Origin: Stegostoma tigrinum | Lineage: Eukaryota | Reading direction: 5' to 3' | Assembly: GCF_030684315.1 (NCBI RefSeq) | Contig: NC_081396.1 | Span: forward strand, 2,418,001-2,482,000 | DNA length: 64,000 nt | Position numbers and translations under genes: made by a program | Shown: piece after piece, positions 1-12,534 of the stretch | Position numbering within the stretch: the first letter of the stretch is position 1 | Layout of the letters: every line of letters begins with the position of its first letter | Notes under the pieces: model-generated | What the model was told of the DNA's origin: nothing | The model's database searches: none | What the model saw: only the letters and a program-made list of their open reading frames with translations

Positions 1-166
1 GAATCTGCACTCCAAGGTTTCTTTGTTCAGTAACACTCCCCAGGACCTTACTATTAACTGTGTCAGTCCTGTCTTGATTTGCCGTTCCAAAATGCAGCAC
101 CTTTATCTAAATTAAACTCCATCTGCCACCCCTCAGCCCACTTGATCAAGGTCCCATTGTACTCTG
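1..166 (-). mobile_element. CR1/HER1-type LINE fragment (RT C-terminal part)
   Basis: Minus strand reads KWAEGWQMEFNLDK...VNSKVLGSVTEQRNLGVQI, matching the CR1 ORF2 at 57561-58517 (WAERWQMEFNADK...SVDEQRDL). Confidence 0.8.
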
Positions 167-206
167 AAGTTGAGATGTTAATGTGATGACATCCCATCGA
201 TTTCTA

Positions 207-274
207 TACTTCTATAAATTAAAGTCTTCTATCCGCATTTGATTCCGATACAGAGACTTTAATTTATAGAAGTA
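207..274. repeat. Perfect 21-bp inverted repeat (hairpin)
   Basis: tacttctataaattaaagtct (207-227) is the exact reverse complement of agactttaatttatagaagta (254-274). Confidence 0.9.
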
Positions 275-352
275 AAGTCTTATCTACCTACACATCGGTA
301 TGCAGGCACTGCCCTGAAGCTTCCTGCCCAGCTAGGAATTCAGTGTAAAGCT

Positions 353-1480
353 GAGGTGGGATGAGGTTAGTAGGTAGATGGGGGTGCGGCTTGGGGTGGG
401 AGGAAGGGATGGGTGAGAGGAAGAACAGGTTAGGGAGGCGGAGACAGGTTGGACTGGTTTTGGGATGCAGTGGGTGGAGTGGAGGAGCTGGGCTGGTTGT
501 GTGGTGCAGTAGGGGGAGGGGACGAACTGGGCTGGTTTAGGGATGCATTTGGGGAAGGGGAGATTTTGAAGCTGGTGAAGTCCACATTGATACCATTAGG
601 CTGCAGGGTTCCCAGGCGGAATATGAGTTGCTGTTCCTGCAACCTTCGGGTGGCATCATTGTGGCACTGCAGAAGGCCCATGATGGACATGTCATCTAAA
701 GAATGGGAGGGGGAGTGGAAATGGTTTGCGACTGACTGAGAGGTGCAGTTGTTTGTTGCGAACTGAGCGGAGGTGTTCTGCAAAGCGGTCTCCAAGCCTC
801 CGCTTGGTTTCCCCAACGTAGAGGAAGCCACACCGGGTACAGTGGATGCAGTATACCACATTGGCAGATGTGCAGGTGAACCTCTGCTTAATGTGGAATG
901 TCATCTTGGGGCCTGGGATAGGGGTGAGGGGGGAGGTGTGGGGGCAAGTGTAGCATTTCCTGCGGTTGCAGGGGAAGGTGCTGGGTGTGGTGGGGTTGGA
1001 GGGCAGTGTGGAGCGAACAAGGGAGTCATGGAGAGAGTGGTCTCTCCGGAAAGCAGACAGGGGTGGGGATGGAAAAATGTCTTGGGTGGTGGGGTCGGAT
1101 TGTAGATGGCGGAAGTGTCGGAGGATGATGCGTTGTATCCGGAGGTTGGTGGGGTGGTGTGTGAGAACGAGGGGGATCCTCTTTGGGTGGTTGTGGCGGG
1201 GGCGGGGTGTGAGAGACGTGTTGCGGGAAATATGGGAGACGCGGTCGAGGGCGTTCTCGATCACTGTGGGGGGAAAGTTGCGGTCCTTGAAGAATTTGGA
1301 CATCTGGGATGTGTGGGAGTGGAATGTCTTGTCGTGGGAGCAGATGCGGCGGAGGCGGAGAAATTGGGAATAGGGGATGGAATTTTTGCAGAAGGGTGGG
1401 TGGGAGGAGGTGTATTCTAGGTAGCTGTGGGAGTCGGTGGGCTTGAAATGGACATCAGTTACAAGCTGGTTGCCTGAGAT
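353..1480 (-). mobile_element. Penelope-like retroelement (family 1), truncated at both ends, frameshifted
   Basis: RT thumb motif VHFKPTDSHSYLEYTSSHP, Cys linker CNRRKCYTC, and GIY-YIG endonuclease NVVYCIHCTRCGFLYVGETKRRLGDRFAEH (ORF 692-1303). A 4-bp duplication (actgactg, about 731) shifts the frame into ORF 430-861 (LGTLQPNGINVDF). Confidence 0.9.
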
Positions 1481-2069
1481 TTAGTTCAGGTTGAGCATGA
1501 CACTGTTATTGTGACTGGTGGACTTGAGCATCACACAGCTGTAGGAGGGAGGGCTGATGTTGGGCACTAGAGAACTGGAGTTTGTAACAAAAGACTGAAA
1601 AGCAGCTGCTTTCATCTTTCTAGCATTTCAATGGAGAATATTTCTGCTCATCCCATTCTGGATGTCAGACCAGTCAAGATAGTGTGAGATTTGAAAGGAA
1701 CGTAGAGGTGACGGTGTGCACATACACCTCCTCCCTTGTTGTTCTAGACAGTGAAAGTTGAGAGTTTGAGAAATTCTATCCAAGTTCTGGTCAAGCTGCA
1801 AGTACACACAATCACTCTCCATTGCATCTGTCTCAGTCACTTCTCTCTTTGTTACATCCCATGAGGCCAGAATCTCATCCATGTTCATCCTGGGGTGGCA
1901 GATTCCCTTGCCGATGGACATTAGTGAAAGAGTTTTGTTTTTACGACATTCTGGCAGGTTTCATGATGAATTTCTTTCAGTGCTGGGCCAACAAATTACC
2001 ATATTCGCTCAGCTCAACGTCACAGCCTTTGTGTTTCTGTCAGTGTTATCTCACTCTCTGTTTTACTGT

Positions 2070-3065
2070 TTTGAAACAGTTTCGGGGATGCCAGAGGAGG
2101 AGGAATTAGAGTCAGGGATCACAGATTCAGCAGCGCCTCATGATCCGAGGGAGACCTCCAATTTATCACAACTAGAATGTAATTACATTTTGAACATGAA
2201 AAGAACAAGGACAGTTCACAGTGAAGAGAAACCCAACATGTGTGGACACCTAACCCATGTTTAGACACCTTAACCGTGTTTGGACAAGGCTTCAGCCAAT
2301 CATCCAGCCCGTCGAGACACAAGTCCAGTCACACTGGGGAGAAACCATGGAAATGTTGGGGCTGTCATGAAGGATTCAAATATCTACCTCACTGGTTATC
2401 TGTTGACGCAGTCACACTGGGGACAGGCCATTCACTTGCTCCGAGGCGGAAAAGGATTCATTCAGTCATCCCGAATCACAACCCACCAGCAAGTTCACAA
2501 TGGGGAGAGACCTTTTAAATGCACATTCTGTGGAAATTGCTATAAAAATGTTCTGGGAACTGCTGCCTCATCAAGTTATTCACACTGAGGAGAGACCATT
2601 CAGATGCTCTCACTACAGGAAAGGGTTCAAGGCATCATCTGTGCACCACAGGCTGTTCACCTGCAAAGAGTGCGAGAAGGGAATCTTTCGATCATCCAAA
2701 CTCATGACACAACAGCAAGTGAACTTTGGGGAGAAACCTCTCAACTGTCCAGTCTGCAGGAAATACTGTTAAAGTTCTCAGGAGATTATGTCCCATCAAC
2801 ACTTTCACACTGGGGACCAATCTTTTAAATGCCCAGACTACGGCGAGTCCTATAAGAATTCTCACTGTATGATAATCCAATATGTCCACACTCTAGAAAG
2901 ACTGTTCAGATGCCCTCAGTGTGCAACAGCATTCAAGCGATCATCTTAACCTCGCTGAGCACCAGCTAATTCACACTGTGGATTGGTCGGTCACCTGCAC
3001 TGAGTGCAGGAAAGGATTCATTTGAAAAGCCCACTGCTGACTCACCAGTGAGTTCACACGAAACA
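2070..3065 (+). pseudogene. C2H2 zinc-finger pseudogene
   Basis: Cluster leader (...ILNMKRTRTVHSEEKP), then [18 protein letters not shown] and HTEERPFRC fragments in alternating frames with stops. Confidence 0.85.
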
Positions 3066-3844
3066 ACAGTAGTTAGAATTTGCTGTTTGTCAAATCCAGG
3101 ACTGGACCATGTTCATTGGTTAATAAATTGCAGCTCAGTTTTAGCTGTTAACATTCTGGATTAAAAAAAATAAACCAGCTTTATCATTAAACATGAATGG
3201 GATATTATTTTAATATCTCTCATACATTTGTTCTGAGCAACTTAGTTTGGAAGGGCTGTCTGTCTCTCTTGTATTGTCCATCGTCACCAACAATACGTGT
3301 GAGAAGATCACGGAGCTACTTTCTCATTGAAATTGAGACAATCTGATTGGCTGTTTCTGTTGCTTCCCTTCCACTACATCACTGGGAAAACTGCCTCTAT
3401 AGGTCCTTCTTGTATGAAACCTGAGCTCTCATTTTTCTCCAGCTTCTCTCTAATCTCCCTGACAAATCTCATTACATCCATGAGAGCCACCCTAAAGTCT
3501 TTAAACTCTTATCTCATGAAACTGCTGACCACACAAGTTCTCCACATTAGCTGCTAATGTTAATGATTCTCTCTTATTCTATCCGTCTCACCTTGAAATC
3601 CACATTATTACCCATGCTCAAAACAAAAAGGCTTCACCTACACTGTCTAACCAAATCACCACACAATCCTCTATCTCCCATTCCTCAAACCCAGTGTCCC
3701 CCCGAGGGTCACAGAATCTCAAAAGAGAAGAAAGAAGCATCTACACTGACAAAAACCAGCTCCACCCTCACTACCATCAATCTCCATTGAGCCAAACAAC
3801 ACCCCATCCAAACCCACCCCATCCTCATCAGCCCTCATGGGATT

Positions 3845-4006
3845 TTTAACCATGGCTAACCCACCTAATCTGCACACGACAGGGCAATTTTTAGCATGGC
3901 CAGTCCACCATCCTGGAGATAGAGCAAGACATACAAACTCCACACTGATGGAATCAAACCTAGATCCTTGGTGCTGTGAGATAACAATAGTAATGACTTA
4001 GCCACC
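3845..4006 (-). mobile_element. HE1-like (V-SINE) tRNA-derived SINE fragment
   Basis: Reverse complement gives a degenerate tRNA-like head (ctcacagcaccaaggatctaggtttgattcc), gtgtggagtttg, and ggccatgctaaaaattgccc...gtgcagattaggtgggttagccatgg. Family assignment is from recall. Confidence 0.6.
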
Positions 4007-4199
4007 CCACATGTATCCTTTGCTCCTCCTATTTCTGGTGTCAATGAGGTGACACCATCGAGAAGTACTACACGTTAGTTTTTACATCTACACTGACAAA
4101 AACTAGCTCCACCCTCACTACCAATCTGCATTGTTCCACTGTCACTGAGTGATCAGACCGATTATCCCACATCCAGTATTAGAGGAGAGGAAATACCCT

Positions 4200-4590
4200 T
4201 CAATTAAAAGCTGAGATGATCAAAGCCACTTTCTTGAGTCATCATTACAAAATTGTGATTCTGAATTGACTCTCCCTCTCCTTTCGGACTATGAGACTGA
4301 ACCACATGGTTCACAATCTTGGTCTCATATTTAACCACAAAATGAGCTTCTCACAGCACATAAAATTAACAGTAGTCCCAGATATTTCAATTTCCACAAT
4401 GTTATCCAATGCCAACTGAGCACAGCTGCTGGTGTAACCCTCATTCAAACCCATGTTACTTTTAGACGTGACCATTGCAATGCTTTCCTGAACAGCCTCT
4501 CACCTGGATGCATGAGATGATTCAAAACCCTGCTGCCAGGTGTTTTTCCACATGAAGCCCAACTCAACCATCACGCCTGTGCTTGCTGAC
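4200..4590 (+). mobile_element. Old L2-like LINE fragment
   Basis: Degenerate RT C-terminal motifs (HNLGLIF, TLIQTHVTFRRDHCNAFL, HHACA) typical of L2 3' regions. Confidence 0.5.
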
Positions 4591-4794
4591 AGACATTGGT
4601 GCCTGCTGGAGAAACTCAGCAAGTCTGACAGCATCTGTAGAGAGAGAAAAACAAAAGATAAAGTCTCCAGTCTAATCTGGCACTTCTTTGGAACCGAGTT
4701 TTCCATCTGGGTTGTTTTCCTAAAATCCCTCCTTTGATCACATTAATAGTGTTCATCCCCAGTCTGGTTACAGTAATTCATCTTTTTATTTCTT

Positions 4795-5144
4795 TATTCA
4801 TTAATGGGGTGTGGGCATCACTGGCCAGGCAGTATTTATTGTCCATACCTAGTTGCCCAGAGGGCAGTTCAGAGTCAACCACATTGCTGTGGGTTTGGAG
4901 TCATATGTAGGCCAGACCAGGTAAAGATAGCCGTTTCCTTCCCTAAAGGATGTCAGTGAACCAGATGGGCTTTTCCAACAATCAACAATGGATTCATGGT
5001 CATCACTAGATTCTTAATTCCAGATATTTATTGAATTCAAATTCCACAATCTGCCAAGGTGGCATTTGAACCCTGGTCCCCAGAACATTATCTGGGTCTC
5101 TGGATAAACAGTCCAGCCATAATACCAGTAGGCTATTGCCTCCC
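4795..5144 (-). mobile_element. tRNA-derived SINE (about 350 bp)
   Basis: Minus strand starts gggaggcaatagcctactggt (A box) and has ggttcaaatgc (B box). Closely similar copies at 35988-36324 and 45175-45408, and a partial inverted head at about 5230-5365. Confidence 0.8.
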
Positions 5145-5404
5145 CCCCACCTCCTTCATCTCTAGGTTGGCGATCAGATGGAAACAGACACTGCTATCTG
5201 AAACCTTTTTTTGTAACCAAAACAAGGTGGAGGCAATGGCGTTGTGATATTATCACTAGACTATGAAGCAGAGACCCTGGGAAAGCAGGTAAAAATCCTG
5301 TGACAGCAGACGGTAGCATTTTGATTCCATTTTTTACAAAAATCTGGAATTCAGAGACTAATGTTAATGTTGCCTGAAAAAACAGGACAACAGAGCAAAT
5401 TAAC

Positions 5405-6187
5405 TCATTTGTGCATCACCAGAAGAGATGAGTGAGTGAATCTCCTCCCACACACGAAGCAGATAAACGGTGAATCCCCAGTGTGAACTTGCTGGTAATT
5501 CAGCAGGTATTTTTCATTTTGAAAGCTCTTCAGAACATTTCAGAAGTCGCTGATCAGTGTGAATATGTTGATGTTCACTGAGCTGGAATCACTGAATGAA
5601 ACCCTTCCCACATGTGGAGCAAGTGAACAGTCTCTCCCCAGTGTGAACTCCCTGGTGAATCAGTAAATCCCTTCCCCAACACATTGCAGGTGACTGGCCC
5701 GTCCCCAGTGTGAACTCGCTGGTGTGTCACCACAGATCCTATTTACTTTTAAAGTCTTGCTCACAGACAGAGCATTAAGAAGATCTTGTCAGTGTGAACT
5801 TGCTTGTGTTAGAGATACTGAAAATCCTCAACACTGTTCAATGAAAATCTGATTTGTGACTTTTATTCAGAAAACTAACATCAAAAATTGAAGTGGAATT
5901 AATGACATCAGAAGAAAAAGACATCAATGAACACAGTTCAACCCTGGATGTGAAAAGCAGCAAAATCCAATCCCAAGGTCACCCCTGACCTCACTGGTGT
6001 CTCAGCAGGTGAAAAGTTTCAATGAATACCTTCCCACGCTCAGAGCAGACGAACAGGCTTCTCCACAGTGAACGTGCTGGGTACAATGAGTTGAAATGTT
6101 TGCCCAAACTCAGTCCCCACGTGAGAGCATTTGAATGGTCCCTCAGCAACGTGAACACATTGATGGGACATCAGAGCCCCAGACCCT
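5405..6187 (-). pseudogene. Decayed zinc-finger repeats downstream of the intact gene
   Basis: Repeated ccccagtgtgaact (HTG) and cccttcccaca (CGKG) units with stops and frameshifts at 5405-5820 and 5990-6187. Confidence 0.75.
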
Positions 6188-7606
6188 TTATTGCACTTCC
6201 TGCAGTGTCACATTTAAATGGTTTGCTTTCTTCCCAGTGTGAACTCGCTGGTGCCTCAGTAGGATGGATGACTGAGTGAATCTCTTCCCACACTTGGAGC
6301 AGCTGAATGGCCTTTCCCCAGTGTGAACCCGCTGGTGAGTCAGCAGATTGAATGACTGTGCGAATGTCCTCCCGCACTCTGTACAGGAGAATGGCCTCTC
6401 CCCAGTGTGTGTTCGCTGGTGGACAGTGAGCTCAGATGATGACCTGAATCTATTCTCGCACTGGAAGCATCTGAAAGGTTTCTCGTCAGTGTGAATGCGT
6501 TGATGGGAAATCAGCTTCCCTGAACTTTTAAAGCAGTTTCCACACACTGAGCATTTAAAAGGTCTCTTGTCAGTGTGAACTTGTTGATGGGACATCAGAT
6601 CCCCTGAACTTTTATAGCATTTCCCACAGTTTAAACATCCAAAAGGTCTCTCATCAGTGTGAACTCGTTGATGGGACATTAGTTCCCCTGAACTTTTATA
6701 GCACTTTCCACAGTCCGGGCACTTAAAAGGTTTCTCCTCAGTGTGAATACGTTGATGGCGTACCAGTTCCCCTGAGCGTTTAAAGCAATTCCCACATTCT
6801 GGGCATTTAAAAGGTCTCTTGTCAGTGTGAACACGTTGATGGTTCATCAATGCCCCAGAACTTTTAAAGCACTTCCCACAGTCTCTGCATTTAAAAGGTC
6901 TCTCGTCAGTGTGAACACGTCGATGGGATACCAGTTCACTGGAACCTTTATAGCCCTTCCCACAATCTGGACATCTAAATGGTCTCTCGTCAGTGTGAAC
7001 ACGCCGATGAGACATCAGATTGCTGGAACTTCTATAGCACTTCTCGCAGTCTGGGCATTTGAAGGGTCTCTCTCCTGTGTGAACACGTTGGTGGCGCATC
7101 TGTTCCCCAAAACTTTTATAGCCCTTCCCACAGTCTGGACATCTAAATGGTCTCTCCCCAGTGTGCGTATGTTGATGGGACAGCAGTTCCCTGGAACTTT
7201 TATAACACTTCTCACAGTCCAGGCATTTAAAAGGTCTCTCATCAGTGTGAACTCTTTGGTGGGACATCAGATTGCTCGAACTTTTAAAGCACTTGCCACA
7301 GTCTGGACATTTAAAAGGTCTCTCCTCAGTGTGAACACGATGGTGGGACATCAGGGTGGATGACTGAGTGAATCCCTTCCCACACTTGGAGCAGGTGAAT
7401 GGCCTCTCCCCCGTGTGACTGTGTTGGTGAATTTCCAGCTCCGATGGGGATCTGAATCCTTTCTCACAATCTCCACATTTCCATGGTTTCTTCCCAGTCT
7501 GATTGCGCTTGTGGCTTGTGAGGTCAGATAACTGACTGAAGCCTTGTCCATGCTCAGGACATGCGTATAGCTTCTCGCCAGGGAGAATAGTGTTTTCTCT
7601 TTCCAT
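6188..7606 (-). CDS. C2H2 zinc-finger protein, 15 intact fingers plus 1 degenerate, no KRAB
   Basis: Open 474-codon frame. First ATG at 7606 (MERENT; the track start is TTG). Tandem CxxC-x12-HxxxH with TGERPF/TDERPF linkers. Confidence 0.9.
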   Translation of the reverse strand: MERENTILPGEKLYACPEHGQGFSQLSDLTSHKRNQTGKKPWKCGDCEKGFRSPSELEIHQHSHTGERPFTCSKCGKGFTQSSTLMSHHRVHTEERPFKCPDCGKCFKSSSNLMSHQRVHTDERPFKCLDCEKCYKSSRELLSHQHTHTGERPFRCPDCGKGYKSFGEQMRHQRVHTGERPFKCPDCEKCYRSSSNLMSHRRVHTDERPFRCPDCGKGYKGSSELVSHRRVHTDERPFKCRDCGKCFKSSGALMNHQRVHTDKRPFKCPECGNCFKRSGELVRHQRIHTEEKPFKCPDCGKCYKSSGELMSHQRVHTDERPFGCLNCGKCYKSSGDLMSHQQVHTDKRPFKCSVCGNCFKSSGKLISHQRIHTDEKPFRCFQCENRFRSSSELTVHQRTHTGERPFSCTECGRTFAQSFNLLTHQRVHTGERPFSCSKCGKRFTQSSILLRHQRVHTGKKANHLNVTLQEVQ

Positions 7607-10600
7607 GCTCAAAATCCAGTCGTATTCAGGTTACACTAAATCAGATGATTCTGTGAGATTCTGAAATGATATTTGGCTTGAATTTCCGACTGTGAATCCT
7701 ACCTTTGATTACACTTGTAAAATTTAATGAGAACAGAAACAGAAAAAAATGATTCAAAACAGAAGGAACACAAAATCACAAAAACCAGCTTAGAAACAAA
7801 GCTGACTGAATCTAGTAGTTTATGGGGAGGTCACAAGGAAACCGTGACCATGAAATCTGCCAGATTTCCCTCAAAAAAACCAACAGGTCACCAATCTCCT
7901 CCAGGGAATGGAAACTGCCATGCAGTCTGGACGACAAATATCTGACATCCATGGGAGAACAGAGAGAGCTTGGGTGACAGCAGAGGCCACAAAGCAGAGG
8001 AGCACGAGCAAGTGGGGGGGGGGGTGGCTCGATTGGGAGGAAGCTTGGGAGCGAGGAAGGCAGCGTCAAGAGGTGAGGGAGAGAATGAGGGGCGACGGAG
8101 ACAGCGAGGGGCAAGAGTGGGAATTATAGCAATAAGAGAGCGTGGGGGCAATGACTCATCACTAAGGCTTTCCATTTCCGCCTCAATGACATCACCTAAC
8201 TCTGCCCTGGTCTCAACTCCTCTGGAACTGTCATCCAGTTCTTTGTTACTCGTGGACTTAAATGTTCTAGCACATTCTTGGCAAACTTCCCACATTGATC
8301 TTTCCTGTAATCTCAAGGTTATCCTCATTCTGTTGTTCAGACTTTATTCACACCAAACCTTGTTCACCCATTACCGCTATGCTATTTGTTTACAAAGCAC
8401 CAAAACTTAAAAAAAACTCAGCATTGTTTTTAAGTCCCTTCCTGGCTGAAATCATCTCTACCTCTCTAATCTCTCTGAGCTGCACAAAAGTCAGATATAT
8501 CTGTGTTCAGCCCATTCCAACTTTTGAACTTTCCAGATTTTAAATCATTCCTCCACCAATGGCCGTTTTTAAATAAATTTCGCTGCCGTTGGCGGAGGAT
8601 CTGGAAATTCCTCCTTAAATTTCTCCAGGTCACACTGTTCTTCAAGATAATGCCGAAAACACACCGCTTAATTGAAATGTTTTCTCATCACCACACAGAC
8701 TGCAGCATTCAAGCAGGGCCACAAGTTGTTACAGGATGACAATATAATCTGCTGATCTTGGTGGTGATTCTGAAAGCCCAAGATCAAATTTTTAAAATAT
8801 TTAAATTTTCATACAGGATCATACATATAAAAATGGATTAAAAGCATCTGCAGAAATGCTTGTTCCTAACAATATCATCTCATTATTTTGAATGCAGTGT
8901 CCATTTCACAACCTGATCTCCCCTAAAACGTGCCAATCTGCTGACAATTAGAGATCGGAAATTCCTGGAATTGACTGGTTCCAAAGGCCTCAGGATTAAA
9001 CCGAGCAGCTCCTCCTCCATATCCATTTCAGCTCAAGCTAATTCATCAAATGCTTTCACAAAAGAACTGGATAAGCACCTGAAGTGCATTACAGACCCTC
9101 GCCACCCTCTTGGTGAAATATTTTTCCCTCAAATCTAGTATCAGCCTTTCACATTAAAATTGCTCCCTGTTATTACTGACCCTTCAACTAAGAGGACAAA
9201 GTTGGCCTTCCTGAGTTAATTATTTGTACAATGGATTGTTTAGTATCATTTTCATAAACAACAGCTTAAACCTTTTGAAACAACGATTATCATCCTTTAA
9301 CATCTCAAATAATACTTCGCCCTGCTCATTGCCCAAGAACGAGGTTCAGTGGGGGGGAAACCTCCTTCGGTTACAATGTAAGGGAAGGGAGTGAAACTCA
9401 CTGGCTATTTTCTCTGACTATGTACGAAATGGCCTCCTTCTGTTCTGTGATCATTCCGTGAGTCTGTGAAAAAGGATGTGAACTGGAGACACAGAGTAAA
9501 TCTCTGGAACCAAAACTGCCATACTCTAAACCTTAATTAGCTCTTAATTAGTCTGTCTGTGTTTCTGGACTCAGTTTTCTGAACAAGTCCTGGAATAAAT
9601 CGAGGAAAATACTGTAGATACTGGACAACTAAAACAAAGATGAAAGGCTGGAAACCCAGCAGCTCAGACAGTATTTGTAGTGAAGGGAACACAGAATTAA
9701 CATTTCAGGATGTGCAGAATGAATACAGTGAATGAAAATAGTACAGAATATGATGGTTCACATTAGCTCAGAAGAGAATTGATCACTTATTCAGGAAATA
9801 AAATTGCTGACTGTGGGAAGACAAAACCAGTGAATCAGCCACATATAGTCAACAGATGAGTAACAATGAAAACCCCATTTGGAAACAATTAGTAAACACA
9901 CCAGCAAAATACTAAACAGGGTTAAGATAAACCAGTATTAATGGTAGATCAACTTGGACAATGACAAAGAAATGATCAGGGTGAGAGTGGTGAAACAAAG
10001 CAATGGACCTGGTTTCATAAACACTGTAATAGACTCACAACACATCCAGACAGATGGAGCAACAGCATAGCACAAAAAGCTGTAAACTGTAGGTGGATGC
10101 GCAACAATACTCACTTCTGAAACAATTTCATTGCTTTGAAATTAAATTCTCCTGTTGAATGTTGCAACTGGAAAAATAGCCCAAGAATTGTAAGAGATAA
10201 AAGCCCAGTTGTCAAAAATCTTCAGCTCCCTGTAAAATGAGATTCCAAAAATCATAAGTGTCAGTCAAAATTGAAATTCAGAGACAAAATTTTCTCTTGG
10301 TTGAAACTTGCGCTGTCAAAGAAGTTTCGAGATTGAAGCTAGAATGTAGAATCACAGAAAGACTTGAAGGAAGAGAAATTTTAATTGCAAGGTCAGGTTG
10401 AGGGAAAATTTGAAAGATGTGTCTAAGTTTAGACTTGATTACCTTAGGTAGATAAAGAAGCATTGCAGAGTGAAATTTTGTTCCTGCCATATGGTCCTTC
10501 TCCACACTGTCCAGTGAAGTGCAGGGTGACAACCTAAGATTGTGGCTGATATCATATAAATTATAATTTTGGGGTTTGTCTGAGGTTGATAGCAATCCTC

Positions 10601-11539
10601 ACTGTACCTGCTTTAGTGTTCTCTGGAAATTTTAATCTTCTGCTCAGTTCACCCAATTTAAGATCACTTTGCTCTATTGAGAAGAGAAATGGTCCCATGA
10701 CCGACCCTGAGGGTCACAACTATTTATATCACTTCCTCTGCGAAAACTCTATTTTGCCACTCTTTTCATATATTTATAAAGAAGATTGGTATTCCCTTGC
10801 AAATTAATTGTTAGTATCATTCCATACTCCCTTTCTGCCTCTCCACCATTCATTCCAATCTCTCTGAAACATCGATTTTCAATAAGGTTCTCAACCGTAT
10901 TTTCTCCTGTCTGTAACAAACACACTTCTTCTGGCTGTCTTAATTTTTATCTCTTGTCATTTATAAAGCTCTAACTTCCTTTGCCCTACTTTTTGATTGT
11001 GTCTGAAATACTTCTTTTTCAAAAGGTAGTCAATTATTCAATTACATTCTTTTCCTCGCAACATTTGACTCAATTATTTTTGGCACAGCGTTGTTCTTAC
11101 TAAATTAAAAATGAGATTCAGAGACCATACAGGATAGAAGAGACCCTTTGGTCATCAAGTCAGTAATATCAGATCTAACTAAATCAACACTTGTAACGCT
11201 GTCCAGTCCCAAGTCCAGAGCTTTGAACATCATGACATTTCACTCACTCATCAAAGTACTTTGTAAAAGTTGTGAGGTTACCCACATCAACTCATCTCCC
11301 AGGGAGTGCATTGCAGACACCCACCACCATCTGGGGGAAACATTTTCCCCTCAAATCCCTTTTAAGCCCTTCACTTAAAATTATGTCCCATTATTATCGA
11401 CTAAGAGGACTGAATTGGCTTTACACAGTTAATGATTTGTACACTGCATTGTTCAGCATCATTTTCATAATTAGCTGTCAAAAACTTTTGACACAATGAT
11501 TATCACTTCTTAAATGCCCAACTAACACTTCACCCTCTT

Positions 11540-11683
11540 CTCCGCCTCCCCCTCTCTCCTCATTTATTCCAGAACCCTCACCCCATCCCCCTCTCTGATG
11601 AATGGTCTAGGCGCGAAATGTCAGCTTTTGTACTCCTGAGATGCTGCTGGGCCTGTTGTATTCATCCAGCCTCACATTTTATT
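11540..11683 (+). mobile_element. PLE family 1 terminal-repeat fragment with degenerate hammerhead motif
   Basis: Matches 34402-34585. Core ctgatga...gaaatgtc at 11595-11622 has stem II and stem III substitutions. Confidence 0.8.
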
Positions 11684-12024
11684 ACCACGTCCAGTATTGC
11701 CTCCTTTCACATTGGACTAAAATCACAACCTGGGACAGAGTCGCCGACCCACACCAAATGGCCTGCAGTGATGCAAGAAAACATCGCTCCAACACCTCGT
11801 CGAAGTCTATTAGGAATGACTGATAGATATTGGCCAATTCAGCAAGGCCTGGTCCTCCGAAACAAACAAACGTAAGCTATGAATATGTTCCTGAAAACGT
11901 TTTAGGAAGTCTTGTCCTGTTGTGCAAGCACATTTCAGTGTAATTTTCTTCCTAATCTTATTGATTATCATCCTCAGCCTACATCAGAGCAAACAAAACT
12001 CACCAACACAAGAAACCCCCAACA

Positions 12025-12480
12025 TGCCCCGCGGTGGTGCCTGTTCCAGATCCAGGTCACGTGCGCAGGCGCGGTCCCACCCAGTGCTTGAAGCATGCGC
12101 AGTGACAGAGATGACAATGGGCAGAGACGCTGTTTTTTTTCTCATCGGCAAGCGGTGAGGTTGCGGGACTGCGGGGGAAACCCTGGAGCTGGGGGGAGGA
12201 CGGGCAGGCTTTATAAGCATTTATTAAATACATCAAACCGCGATTAACAACGTGCAAGTCCCGGATTCGTGGACCCGGGGCCTTTTCCTGGGCAACAGTT
12301 CAGGATAACAGCCGCCATCTTAGATCCACGGGGAGCGGCGCGCTGACGTCCTTGTGTAGTGACGTCGCATCGAGTGGGCGTGGTTTTGGTTGTCTGGGTT
12401 TTCAACTGGGTCCTTGCGCCAGAACACAGTCTCCCCCAGCTACTGAGTCGTCACGTGATAGCTTCCACGATTGCTGGGTC
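12025..12480. promoter_or_regulatory. CpG-rich promoter, probably bidirectional, between two head-to-head ZNF genes
   Basis: E-boxes gtcacgtg (12056, 12450), NRF1-like tgcgcaggcgc (12062) and gcatgcgca (12093), YY1 gccgccatctt (12311), CRE-like tgacgtc (12344, 12360), and donor-like cg/gtgagg (12155). Confidence 0.7.
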
Positions 12481-12534
12481 ACTTCGATTTGGAGTGTCTT
12501 ATAGTCATTGGGAATAATGGAGAAATGAAAAGTA

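Noticed and set aside
4795-5144. tRNA genes at A/B-box sites
   Set aside because: The boxes head multi-copy SINE bodies, and no full cloverleaf is evident.
6827-7363. Antisense and alternate-frame ORFs over ZNF, PLE and CR1 sequences
   Set aside because: Shadows of repetitive coding sequence with no independent motifs.
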